NCBI GenBank assembly: GCA_964016885.1 | Contig: OZ024742.1 | Span: forward strand, 299,026,001 to 299,090,000 | Length of the DNA stretch: 64,000 nucleotides | Source of the DNA: Eledone cirrhosa | Lineage: Eukaryota | Reading direction: 5' to 3' | Shown: one piece after another, positions 11,060 to 24,699 of the stretch | How the letters are laid out: every line of letters starts with the position of its first letter | Numbering within the stretch: position 1 is the first letter of the stretch | Translations under genes and position numbers: made by a program | The notes under the pieces: generated by a model | What the model was told of the DNA's origin: nothing | Databases searched by the model: none | What the model saw: the letters and a program-made list of their open reading frames with translations, nothing else

Positions 11060-14000
11060 AACATATATGGTCGGCTTCGATCATGATTGTTCCTTTTGTT
11101 TGATCAACAGCGGGGGTCTGCTGTTGGAATTAACATGCAAAATTGAGTGTTTCACAGATACGAGTAGCCTTATTGTAATTCTGAGGACGAGCCAGCTTGA
11201 CAGTGAGTGTTACAAGGCCGGTCCTTCGGATTACCGGTTTAGTCCTTCCATTTAGACGATTTCAGTCTCTTTCTACCTAATTTCATTCACATCTTGCTCA
11301 CGATGGTTGTAAAGCGGAGTTCTTAGACATTCGGACATACTACGTCCATGGGGAAATTAAATACACTAAACATATAACCAATTCTATTTTTCCCTGGTAC
11401 TGGCAGTTTGCGGGAATTCATATACTCAATTGACAATTGCACAGTGAAGCCTAACCACTACGAATAAGGTGACAAGATAGTTAATGTCTACCTTCCAATT
11501 GAATATCTGAATTATATGTATAAATTCTACAAAATGTGTTTGAAAAGTTTTCTTCTTCTACGACTAAGAATTCAATAATGTAATTATTGAGGAACACTAA
11601 CAGTAAAGGAAACATTTTGCGTATATATTGAACAACGTTTGATCAGGAAAACGAGCATCAAACATTCGGAAGTATAGAAAAAAACATGGTTAAAACCTAG
11701 TTGGATTACAAACGAAAGAAGGATTTTGTTCTCCAGCCATTGATGTTAAGTTTATTTCGTCTATTCAGAATACGGTTCTAGAAACAAGGAATAAAGAATA
11801 AATCTGATCATGTGTATATCTGTATTAGTTTTCTTTCAGATTCAAGCATTCAGGCCGTTCTGAGGATATCTTATTCCCTTCCACAATAAAAAAAAAATAT
11901 CAACGTGTGTCGGTATGTTGTGTGTGTAAGTATGCGTATGCGCATGTGTATAGGTACCTACGTATCTCTGGATGTATACGTGCTTGATTTATGATACTAA
12001 AGTTCTAAGATGTTAAAGGTTACATTAAAATATTGTATTTATATTCTTCGTATAAAAGTCGTTTTCACTGACTTGTGAAGTTTAATATATTGTTATTGTG
12101 TTATCTCAGATCGGCCATGATTCTGCACACCTATCATCATTGGAAATCCCGCTTTGATTGTCCAGCATGTTAAGGGCATATTGTATCTAGTAGTAAATTA
12201 TCAAACGGTTTCTTTTCTTTTCTCGGTAATTTGGTTTCAGAAAAATTCGGCTGCGTAAAGTTGCCTCTGTGTCTTTTGTGTGGAGATAATCTTTTCAAAA
12301 TCTGCGTTACTAATTGTTCAGGTACACATATTATATGGCTGGTAATTCATAAACGCTGGATATAATTATTTTAATTCCTGGTCATAATTTATAGACATCA
12401 AAGGATTGATTCCCTGAAGTATGTGAACCCGAACAGCAAACAATGGCATTTCTTTACAAACTCTCATTATTTTGAAATATTCCAAGCTATGAACTTGCAA
12501 TTACTGTAATCTTTTCAGGGTTTCATTTGATCACGTTACATAGGTATCTTGCCATACAATAAAACGCTCGACTTTTGGAGAAAAATTATACTTCTAAACT
12601 TGACCTTAAATGTATGACTCTTGATTGCTTCTAATTAGTAACAGAAATATAATGTTCAAACGATCAAATAATTCAATTGTGTTAAATTCATTAAACACGT
12701 TTAAAATCCCTAAGATTACATCTATTGCTGTAGTTACAAAACTGATAACAACACGCACGAAATAAAGAAACATCTTATATAATTGTTCCTAATGCAGAAT
12801 CATGGTTAAATTAATTTCGCTTCTTTAAGATGAAACTAAAGAGTAAATAGCTACAGTGCAAATAAAATAAAATGCTTTTGTTCCCGTTTTTAGATATCGG
12901 TATTTGAATATTTACAATAAACACAAAAATGTACAAAAAATGAAAATGTAGATGAATATTAATAGCTTCCAGTCTCTTTATTTCCATTTACTTATATTCC
13001 AAACAATATTTCTACTTAGTGTGTTTTATTGCCACTTATCACTAGTCTACTTGTTCCCATCTTATTTACAATCTATATTCGCAACATAAGATTTAGATGA
13101 AATTCAGTTTCGATTTACATCTTGAACAACACAAATGAAGCAAATATAATATATGAATACTTTTGTAAATAATAGAAATAAAGATTTATAACTCACATAG
13201 CAATAAAACTTTATACTGTGTAAGATATACTATCGCGGTACATATTAAATAATATAAGTTACAATAAAAAGGGGTGGGCAATGGAATGTAATAACTATTA
13301 GAATTCTGACAACACAAAAACACCAGTACAACCGTCTATACTTTTTAGTTTCGCCAATTTAAGTTCTCGTACCATGTTCTCGCTAAAGTAACTAGCATTT
13401 TCCTCTATTACAGTGTGATTTCATTTTTGCTGTTTATGAGTATATAAAAATATTTTAATGTTGTTTCAACCATTCAAAATCTATAGCTTAGGGAAGCCCT
13501 AAATGCATAACAAGAAATATGAAATATAACCAGATCTCAACATATTTGCAAGTTATCAACGAAATTTATGTTTTCCCTCATATTCCTTCTTATCCCTGCA
13601 TTGATGTTGCTTAACTACCACTGACGGGATTTCCCTTTATCTCTTCTATCGGGCGTTTGTCTGACAATATTGATTTATAATGTCATTGTGTGGTGTTAAA
13701 TGTCCAAATTATTTCCTTTTCAGCGCTTTGACAATTTTTGAAATATTTACATGATTCTTAGTCTTCATAATAATTTATCTCCCTAGTGGAATTTCACTGT
13801 TCCCATTCGAAGGAGATAAATCCCTCATCTAGGACGCGACATGCAGTGACACGTTCTCCGCCTCCAACATAATTGATTCGGCCACAAATCCAGGGACTAC
13901 CACCCGGAATGCAAAAGGGAGAAAGACAAGCAAATAACGGGGCTTGTCCAGCCGGGCTCATCCGTAAAATCGGAACGTAAGCAGCGGGTATCGCAGGCCA

Positions 14001-14304
14001 TTGACCGCGAAAAGGCCTTTGTAGTTTTGCTCACGGGATGCAACCGAAACACCACTCCGACCATGGCACAGTTTCTCTCACTTTCTCCACTTCCTCCTCA
14101 CTTTCTACGGTTGCCTAATAATTATTTGCCTTTTCCCCTCCTTTTCTTCACATTTATGGCATTTGTAGTCCTTTCCTCTACCGCCTGTACAACCACATCT
14201 GCCTTTCCCCTTGTTTTATCATTACCTAATTAATTGCTGGCCATATGCCTCAATTAGAAACCATTATTGTTAAATGGGTATCTATCAAATCTGTCAAATC
14301 TACC

Positions 14305-14710
14305 CGTCAGACGTGGAGAAATCCAACACGATTTGGGTGGGTGAGAGATGTCTTCTCTTGGAAAAATATATATAGCTTTCATTATGTAACATCTCATTAT
14401 GTAACATTTCATTAGGTAACATTACTGGTACTTTATTTTATTACCCTGGGTAATTGCTGGCCTTGTGCCTAAAGTAGAAATAATTATGTAACATCTCAGC
14501 ATTTTACCTCATTTCTCCCCGTTTTGGGGCACTTCTTTTCATGGTACTCCCTGGGGTTTTTAGATGTTAGCAGCTCTAGTGTCTATTAACGTTCCTCCTC
14601 TTTTTACTTTTCTCTTTAACATACATAAAACAATATGTTCAGTAACCACTATCTTCATTCTCTTTACCTGCTACAAACGATAATATCACATGAAGAATTA
14701 GTGGAATGCC
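14305..14710 (+). mobile_element. degenerate MITE-like repeat (same family as 56171-56350 and 61377-61742)
   Basis: Collinear similarity to 61395-61690; contains a SINE fragment at ~14425-14490. Confidence 0.55.
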
Positions 14711-15270
14711 GAATTAATTTATTGTTGCTAAAACAGCACCACACCGGTTGCCTCAGATTTCAGATGTCAACATATTGTAATATCACACCTTAGTTTATTT
14801 CTATTAAATAATATTTTTGTTTAGAGATGTCAACCTTACGCAAGAAATCAAATATGTTCCAACCTAAAGTTTTTCGTTTTCTGTATCAACATGCGTTACA
14901 TCACAGGTTATTCCCACATCTTACTTACAATTATCTACAACAATTTTCTGCATATAACTGTGTAGCGAATTACTTTAAAATGTGAAAATTATATTTTGGT
15001 CAGAAATCGTACAGATGCAATTTGATTTCTCATGAGAATATGGTATTCTCATGAGAATACCACGTCATTTCTTGTGGATGACATATCAGCAACAATAGTA
15101 ATATAATCAACGTTTTTATTATCAAGGTATGGATTACAGCATAAGTTTATTTTCTTTGATATAAAATCATGATGGAATATAAACAGTTTTGTATCATAGA
15201 ACTAGCAACCTTTTGAGGTAGGCTGGGGTGAATGCTCTAATGTTTCTTCTTTTCAATATATATATATATA

Positions 15271-15340
15271 TCATCATCATCATCATCATCACCATCGTTT
15301 AACGTCCATCTTCCACGCTAGCATGGGTTAGACAGTTTTG
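15271..15340 (-). mobile_element. RTE-type 3' tail fragment (SINE or truncated LINE)
   Basis: (CAT)n followed by gtttaacgtccatcttccacgctagcatggg, resembling the RTE 3' ends in this window. Confidence 0.6.
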
Positions 15341-15369
15341 TCCCATTTGATGCGGGAATGGGCGCGAGA

Positions 15370-15406
<37 letters not shown>

Positions 15407-15619
15407 AATAAGATGGTGTAGGATAAAACAAAGGAGAGACGCACAAAATAAAAACCTAGTCACCGAGTAGGTCACAGAATGTGTGACGAAAGAGCTTTGA
15501 CAATATATAAACAACCTTCCGGTTATCGAACAAACGAAACAAAAATTTATAATGAATTGAAGTGAAAACCAACAGGTGCGAATGTTTTTATTGGCAACAT
15601 GACCCTCCAAAGTACAACA

Positions 15620-15702
<83 letters not shown>

Positions 15703-15704
<2 letters not shown>

Positions 15705-15901
15705 GGAAAAGAGTCAGAACCCCGACGGCTGAGCCCCGGCTGTTAGACAACTAGCTCTGAACACAGACCTAGCTGTCGAAACGGCCAGAGCTCAGCCCTC
15801 AGGGTCCTGACTCTTTTCCTATTATCCACTCTACTACCCTAAGTATCGAGTACTCTGGTGCGTTATGGTCCACCTGGTTCCTTTCCACACTTTCTTCGTT
15901 A
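15703..15901 (+). mobile_element. family H hairpin mini-insertion carrying the 3' half of a hammerhead
   Basis: Palindrome taggaaaagagtc...gactcttttccta, containing ctagctgtc-GAAA-cggc...gcc-TC-ggg and the shared tail. Confidence 0.7.
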
Positions 15902-15904
15902 TAA

Positions 15905-16080
<176 letters not shown>

Positions 16081-17389
16081 ATGTATATAAACACTACACG
16101 TTTTCTATAGATATGTTTAATGTTTAATTCAAGAAATTCTATTAACTTATCTTTCCGGCAGAAACGTTTTCACATTCGATTTGATTTCAATTTCTTTCAA
16201 TTCCTAATACTAGTTTTCATATATTGAATCTCACACTACATTAATATACACTATCCTATTTAATTTACACCTTTCCACGCTGAACAAATAATGTTCCCGG
16301 GGTAATTATTTATCCATTTTAACAAGCTCATAAACATATTTTCAAGATACTAATATTCAAACGGGGTATGTATATTATTAATGTTAAAATTACATGAAAT
16401 ATTTTTTATAGTTTACATAATCTAGATCCTTATATAATGGTTGACATAGAAAACGGAATCGGAGAGTTTTCTTCACTTACTTTAGAAATACGCTCATTAA
16501 AAGTTTGCTTTTCAATTCCAAATAGGACATATCTGTTAATGCCTTCGAACATTAATTTGGAAATTATTCTCAATAAACTGGAATTATTCTTGTTAAAATC
16601 GAATTTCCCTTCTGTCTCTGTACAAGTACGTAGTTGACTTAAAATCTTCCAATATAATTTTATATATGCGCCATATCTAAAGCTAGTATACTAGTAATTA
16701 AATGGTTTTAGTAAATCACACAAAATCCTTTATTAATTAATTGAAATTTATTAAATAATTGAAATGGAGTGTATTGCATTAGAAATACAGTCACGAAAGA
16801 GATAAAAGCAAACATCATAGAAACTTGCATCAGGTCACGACACGAAATCAATTGAAAGACTATAATGTCTTTATCGGAATTTGATCGAAATCCAAAGTAA
16901 TAAAAACCACCCGCTAATTCTGGATCAAATATCAACTAGAGGATTAGATCTACTGCAAAGAGACGATCTAAACATGCGACTAACTCATTCATCACTACGA
17001 TATAGCAGTTTAGGTGTAGTTTAATGTCAAGGACTAATTCAAGATGTTTCGGCACATAATCGAATCTCGTTAAAGTCGAAAGACTAAGCAAACCCATTTC
17101 ATCACCTATATTCTACATTACTACTATTGTTTAAGACAGTCATTTAGAGTTTCCCTTCCCAATCGCTTCTTTCTTCTTTCTAACTGTCTCGTTTTGATTT
17201 CTGAGATAGAGAGGCTAGAAATAATGTTTTGACCCACGGATGCACACCGCAAGTACGCACACACTAATGTATGCTCGTATGTGGTTCTGGCTTAATTTTT
17301 TTAACTTTCTCATATAGAGAGAAATAGGCAGCTGCTAAGTCATGAAGAAAACTTTCATTCGAAATTAGACAGCCTCAACAAAGTAGATG

Positions 17390-17830
17390 GGTATGTGTGT
17401 ATGTATGTATGTATGTATGTATGTAAGTATGTATGTATGTATGTATGTATGTATGTATGTATATATGTATGTATGCTGAGTCAAAACTTTCAACGTTCAA
17501 AGAACACCAGCATCTACAACAACAACAACAACAACAACAGCACCGGAACACCAACACCAATATCTACAACAACAACAGCATCCGAACACCAACACCAATA
17601 TCTACAACATCAACATCAAGAGGAACAACACCAACATCCACAACAACAACTGCGGCATCAAACGATAAAAAGCCAAACAACAACACCAACTGCCACCACC
17701 ATCACCACCACCAATCGGTCAACAATCAAATCTTATGCAAACAACAACAACAGCGATAAATCTAAACAGTATCACATGAACAGCTTCAATTGTACGAACT
17801 CTTTCAAAAGACAACAGTTGCCACATCTAT
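17390..17830. repeat. (TATG)n and degenerate (CAA)n low-complexity tract
   Basis: Seen directly. Confidence 0.85.
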
Positions 17831-17839
17831 AGTATTAAT

Positions 17840-17990
17840 AATTGTTTCTACTTTAGGCACAAGGCCAGCAATTACCCAGTGTAATACTGATACTTTATTT
17901 TATCGACTCCGTAAGGATGAAAGGCAAAGTTAACCTCAGCGGGATTTGAACTCTGAACCTAAAAGGCCGTAACTCTTTGCTGCAAAGCAT
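17840..17990 (-). mobile_element. tRNA-derived SINE (octopod-type)
   Basis: Matches the other copies (ggcacaaggccagcaa...tttatcgac...ggatgaaaggcaaagttaacctc...gatttgaactc). Confidence 0.8.
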
Positions 17991-18006
17991 ATTAATAATT
18001 ACCGTA

Positions 18007-18112
<106 letters not shown>

Positions 18113-18237
18113 ATGTGTGTGTGTGTGTAAGTGAGTGGCATGTGTGTGTTTGTTTGTATGCATGAGTGTTTTATGTGTGCGAGTGTGAGTGTGTGTGTGT
18201 CGTATGTATGAGTTTCACTAAGTGAGTTTATTTTTTC

Positions 18238-21200
18238 AGGCGCGGAGACATAGAAATAATCGGGCTGGATACCCGATCGCGCGGTTAAATCACTGGGAGT
18301 GAAGGGCCCCTAGACTTTGTCAGGGCATTCTTCTGGGCGAAGGCAACTCAAGAAACTGGGATAACTCCGACATAAAACCTGCGGCTCAGTAGTTACCGAT
18401 AATGTTGATCCTTTCTTCTTGTCGGGTTATAGCTACTGCTCAGAGAGTGGGATTGGCTCAGTGCACAGTCTTTCCTCACTTTAAAAATAATCTTCACTCA
18501 CAGGCATTGCACGATAGCATTAATTAATAATTCCTCTTCTTCTTCTTCTTCTTCTTCTTCTTCTTCTGAATTGCTGGCTGTAGCCTTAAAAAGCAACCAA
18601 TTCAATGATGTTCCAAAACAATATAAAAGAGATAATTGGCAATAAGGGCTCTGGAACCACGCCAGGTGATAGGGCTTGGCCCGGCAGGGGCCCCGGGGTA
18701 TCACAGCCTGGGCCCGCCCGTCATCGTGCCACTGTGATAGAACCAAACAAAGCATTGAATATTGTCTGTTGGAATGTACGGACGCTGCTTGACAGGGATT
18801 CCTCCGAACATCCTGAACGAGGGATCACTCTTATTGCAAAGGAGCTTCGTCGTTACGATCTTGACATTGTGGCTTTATCCAAGACGAGGTTAGCTGGAGA
18901 TGGTCATCTTACAGAATTTTGTGGAAAATATACATTCTTCTGGAAAGGGAGAGATGAAGGAACCAGAAGAGAAGCTGGGGTAGCATTTGCTGTTAAGACT
19001 GCTCTTGTAGATAAATTGGAAAGATTCTAAGTGGGGATCAGTATGCGTCTTCTGTCCATGAGAATTCCGCTGGACAAAGGAAGATATGCGACCCTGGTGA
19101 GTGTGTATGTTCCAACTATGAATTCTGTTGATAAAAAGTGTCTTTCTACCATGCTTTGAAATGTGTTTTAAGAAATATCCCTCCAGCAGACAAGGTCATC
19201 GTGCTTGGTGACTTTAATGTTAGAGTGGGTAGGGATTTTAACACATGGAATGAAATCGGAAGACATGGGGCCGGAAAGTGTAACAGCAATGGTATGCTCC
19301 TACTGCAGATATGAGGTGCTGGATCTGTGTGTTACCATCACCATATTCCAGCAAAAAGAACAAATTTAAGACCACATGATGCACTCTGCATCTAAGGAAT
19401 GGCATATTTTGGACTACGTCCTTGTCATGGTGCGTGACAGACGGGATGTGCAGTGTGTTCGTGTTCTTCGTGGGGCTGTGTTTTGAACGGACCATCGCCT
19501 GGTACATGCAAAAGTGAAACTAATCACTAAAAGTAAAATCCGGGCTCCTGGTGTTACCCTGCCCAGGAGACTGAATGCTGCTCGTCTTAGAGATAATAGT
19601 GTGAAGAGAACATTGCGAGAAGAGACGCATGTTGCAGATTTTGGTGAGGATTGGTCGACCCTTAGAAAGTCGGTTTATCATGTAAGCAGGCGTGTTCTGG
19701 GATTGGTGCAGAGAAAGCATCAAGACTGGTTTCAAAGAAAATGATGAGCATATAGATGAATTGTTGGCTGATAAGATACGTGGTCACGCTACTTGGCAGC
19801 AAAACCACAGGAGAAGAATATGTTGCACACGGAACTCAAGGATGTGTAATCACGTGTAAGGCGGAGGCTTTCTCAGATGAAGGATAAGTGGTGAAGTGAG
19901 AAGGCTGATGAGATACAAGTTGCATCAGATTCCAATAACACAAAGTTGTTGTACAGTCTCTTGCGTGAAGTTTATGGACCGTCTTCTTCTCTGGTGAGAC
20001 CGCTTCGCAGCAAGGATGGCAAGGAACTTCTTCGTGAATCAGGGAAATCTGCGAAGGTGGCAAGAGCACTTTGATGAACTTTTGAATCAGCCGTCTGTCG
20101 TCAATGAAGATTTCCTCAATCTCATTCCTGAAAAACCTGTGAAAGGAGCTCTCGTGGAACCACCAACGCTTGAGGGGTTGCAGTAGTTATCTCGAAGCTG
20201 AACAGTGGAAGGTCTCTATGTATGGGTGGCATACATGCAGAGCTCCTACAATATCGTGGTGAGAGACTTCTGCGACATCTTCACTATTTGTTTGGCAGGA
20301 TAAGGGCTATTGAATCCGTACCTGAGGACTGGAGAGATGCAGTAATTGTAGTCTTGTACAAGGGTAGAAACTACAGGGATATATCATTGCTTTCTGTCGT
20401 AGGAAACATTTTATGTAGGGTGCTTCTGGACCGTCTCCTGACACACATTGCAGATTGTGTTCTACTTGAAAGTCAATCTGGTTTTCGTGCTGGACGCGGC
20501 ACTACTGATATGATCTTCTCAGCTAGACAACTCCAGGAGAAGTGCATGGAACAAGATTTGGATCTGTATCAGGTTTTTGTCGATCTGACAAAAGCTTTCG
20601 ATAGAAATGCATTGTGGAACGTTCTCCAGAAACTTGTTTGCCCTGATAAGTTCCTTGATTTGGTTAGGTCTTTCCATGACGACATGAAGGCTTGGGTTAA
20701 TGTCAGAGGTAACATGTCGGAGCCTATCTCAGTGAAAAATGGAGTGAAACAGGGGGATATTCCAACACTGACCCTGTTTGCCATATACTTTGCAATGGTT
20801 TTCTATATTAAATTCAGGAATTGCAAGCATATCCAACTTCTGGCAGCATATTTAATATCAGGCGCTTTGCTGCAAGAACAAAAGTATTTACATCAATCAT
20901 AAGAGACTTCTTGTATGCAGATGATTGCGATCTTGTAGCGCACACAGAGACTCATATGCAGCGCATTTTGAATGCATCTTCTGATGCTTGCACTGCCCCA
21001 GCATTGACTGTCAGTCTCAAGAAAACTATCGACATGTACTAACCTGCCCCTGGTAGGCAGTACAGGGAACCAAATATCTATGTGTATGGTAAACGACTTG
21101 GAGTGGTTGATCAGTTTGTCTATTTGGGAAGCACTGTCAATCGATACAGCAATCCTGATAATGAAATTCCACTCAGGATTAGGAAAGCAAGTGATGCTTT

Positions 21201-22275
21201 CGGAAAGCTAGAAAGGCGCCTCTGCAGTAGGCGAGGCATATGCAAAAAAACAAAGGTAACGGTGTACAAGTCATGTGTGCTCTCTTCTCTTCCATATGCC
21301 TGCGAGACCACCTTAAACACCACCTTAAACAAATGGAGCGGTTCCATCAGATGAGTCTCAGACGGATCTATGACGTTCACTGGAAGGCCCACATCAGAGA
21401 TGTCAAGATTTTGGAAAGTTCTCTGTCTGAAAGTATAGGAGCTATTGTGCTTGAGCAAGGACTCTGTTGGAATGGTCACCATGCCAGGATGAAGGATTCT
21501 AGAATACCGAAACAACTCTTTTATCGAGAGTTAGTTAAAGGGAAACGACCTCCACATAAACCCCAAAAGAGATATAAGGATTCGTTGAAAGCCTCTTTGA
21601 AAGACGCTAACATCTCTACTGATACATGGAAAAGCGTAGCTGGTGATCATAATAAATGGAGAAACACTATAGTTGAAGGGAAAGTTGCTTTTGAAGCATC
21701 TCGAATCGCATACAAGAAAGTGAAAAAGGATGTGAGGAAAGGCATTGCTGTTGCATTTCCAGACAGCGAGGGCCCTCTTATGGCGCTGACATGCAGAGTC
21801 TGTGAGAGACTCTTCGCAGTCATAAAGTGAGACCAGTGGTTGACTACCAGGCTGCTGTTGGAGATGCTACTCATCATACCTGCCAAGCTTGTGAAAGAGG
21901 GTGTAGATCAGCAGGAGGACTCAAACGACATGCAAAAGTACATGAAATCCAACCACAGACGGCTATTGCCAGTGAATGTTTTGGTTGCGACTCTGTGTAA
22001 TAAATTTTAGATCATTGTCTTGGCTAAAATGCCACATTCGATCGCAGTACCATTAATTGTTAATATATATATGTGTATATGTGTATGTGTGGGTGGGTAT
22101 GTGTGTGTGCCTGAGTGTGTATGTGTGTATGTATATGTATGTGTGTGTGTATATATATATGTATGTGTGTATGTGTGTATATATTTATATATATATATAT
22201 GTGTATTATTTTATTATTTTTATTATTATTATTTTTCGTGCAATGGCCATACTCGATAACGAGGGGGCAGCCATC
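18238..22275 (+). mobile_element. RTE-BovB-like LINE, full-length but pseudogenised
   Basis: APE CWNVRTLLD...DIVALSKTRL; RT NYRDISLLS, QSGFRAGRGT, FVDLTKAFD, GVKQG, LYADD; WNGHHARM...RIPKQLFY and a CxxC finger. Many stops and frameshifts; probable 3' end at ~22240-22275. Confidence 0.9.
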
Positions 22276-22322
22276 ATGTATGTTTATATAAGCATGCATG
22301 TATATATGTATGTAGGTTTCTA

Positions 22323-22369
<47 letters not shown>

Positions 22370-22403
22370 ATATATATATATATATTCATGCATGCAGGTA
22401 CGT

Positions 22404-22487
<84 letters not shown>

Positions 22488-23274
22488 GTGTACTCCTGTA
22501 TGTAAGTATGTAAACATATATAAAGGTACGTGTATGTATATATATATTTATGAATGTACGCTTGTAAGCATGTATGTATGTACGTGGGACTCTATATATT
22601 TGTGTAAGTATACAAGCAAGTATATAAGTGTACATGTATGTATGCGTGCAAGCGTGTATATATGTGCATGAGTGAACCTCAATGTTTTTACTTTTTGTGT
22701 ATAAATATTCATAATTTTCAATTTCTACACATGCTTGTATGCATTAATCATACTAAATATATATTCATGTATGCCTGCAAGCCTTTGTGTATGTGTGCAT
22801 GTATAATTGGATGTACGTATCTATGTATTTACATTTATAATTGTACTCGAGTAACCTTTATTCAAATGTTCATATTTGACAATGATAAAGGTTCATTAAA
22901 ATGCAGATAATCCAAGTCAGGAAATCAGAATAATTAATTGCACTTAAACACATGTGCCAATTCAATGTTTTGTAATCAACCAGTCAAAAACAGTGCATTG
23001 GCCTTCAATATATCAATTTATCCGATGAAGTAACGGAGAAAACGATACATTTACATCTGTAAATGATTGAAAATCCAATACATTATTTAGATTTAAACAT
23101 ATCGTTAAAGGTTCATTCGTATAAAACAGCTCTGGCGTTATAGAATTCATTTCTATATAAAATAAAGATGCCTATACCTCACCAATGTATTAAATACCTG
23201 TTTAACTGTAGTCACCTCACCATACCGATCGGGAATCTATCCATATATATGTATATGTGTATGTGTGTGTGTGT

Positions 23275-23370
<96 letters not shown>

Positions 23371-24699
23371 GTGTGTGTGTGTGTGTGTTAGTGTGTGTGT
23401 GATATAGTAGGAAATGAGTTTTAATGTATTGTACGTTTGTCCTTCATCAAAAGAGAGAATGAGAGACAGAAGAAATAGAAAGATTGGCAAGAATTAGAAA
23501 ATGAAGATACGAAAGTTTTCTGTTACAGTTGGAAAAGACATGTCAGCATTTTTAGGAAAATGCGTGTCACAATAAATTTTGGATAAAAGAGTAGTTTTTA
23601 AAAAGATTATCCTTGCATATTTTGTAGTAACGTGTGTGTTTGTGCACATGTGTGCACATACGAGCTGACCAACCGAGGGAGCAACAAAGGTTGGCTGGTA
23701 GGGTAGGTGTGTAGGCGTACATGTGCGTGAATGTGTATATTCTCACGAACACATGTGAGAATAGTTAATCTTCTCTGTATATATCTGTGATACACAGATG
23801 GAAGCGATCATTTGGTTGTATAGAGAATGGAAGGTGGTGGCACATGCCTATACTTCACCACGTCTCATTGCTTTTAATTGTTTCAGAAATCATTAAATAA
23901 GTAAAATACTAGCCCTGAGCAATGGATTGGCAGAATTGGTAGTGTACAGGATGCTTAGCAATATTTCGTTTGACCCTTTGTATTTTCAGTTCAAATCCCG
24001 TTGTAGTCTAGATCTTGTGTGTTTTTATCGGAGTCCATTCTGTTGCAAACACAGAGGCCAATCTGTTATTTCAGGATACATCAATTCCACACGGTCTCCC
24101 CCACACTAGTCTCTGGGGCTCTATAACATGTTATTGGCACTGCTCTCTATTCTCTTACTGAAGAGGAAAACTAATTTTTTATAATGATATTCCGATATTC
24201 TCATCTTTAAGTCAAACGTTTATCAGTGAAGTAATCCAAACATTAAAACAACATTAAATTAGATTCCCTCAACTACCAATGTGTTGCTGCAACCAAACTT
24301 TATATCCGTTAAATTACGCAAGGAGAAAACTAACACAATGATGTATTACCGATAAAGCTAGCAGTGAAGAAAAACCTAATTGCAAACAAAATTAATCAAA
24401 AATTCTACAATCTTTAAAGTGACTCGTGTTTCCTTTAGATCAAAATATACAATGTGAACATGAACAATCGCAAAATCAAATTTGATTTATTTCCTTCAAT
24501 TCCTGATTTATTATCAAGTAAAGCCCAAAGAAAGTTTCTGTCATAAACATACATTTAAATTGATAGTTTGGCTATAATATATTGCAGAAATACGAAATGG
24601 GAAGTTTATTATGTATTTTCTCTGCTATATTTTATTTCACAAACAATGAAAATATGGGCAAAAATGAAATTTCAAATAAGAAAACTATTTATAGGAGAC

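Noticed and set aside
17395-17832. Gln/Asn/Thr-rich ORFs
   Set aside because: Degenerate (CAA)n repeat with starts inside a (TATG)n microsatellite
18238-18520. HDV-like ribozyme at RTE 5' ends (also checked 24690-24800)
   Set aside because: I could not fold the nested double pseudoknot by eye; only simple hairpins were seen
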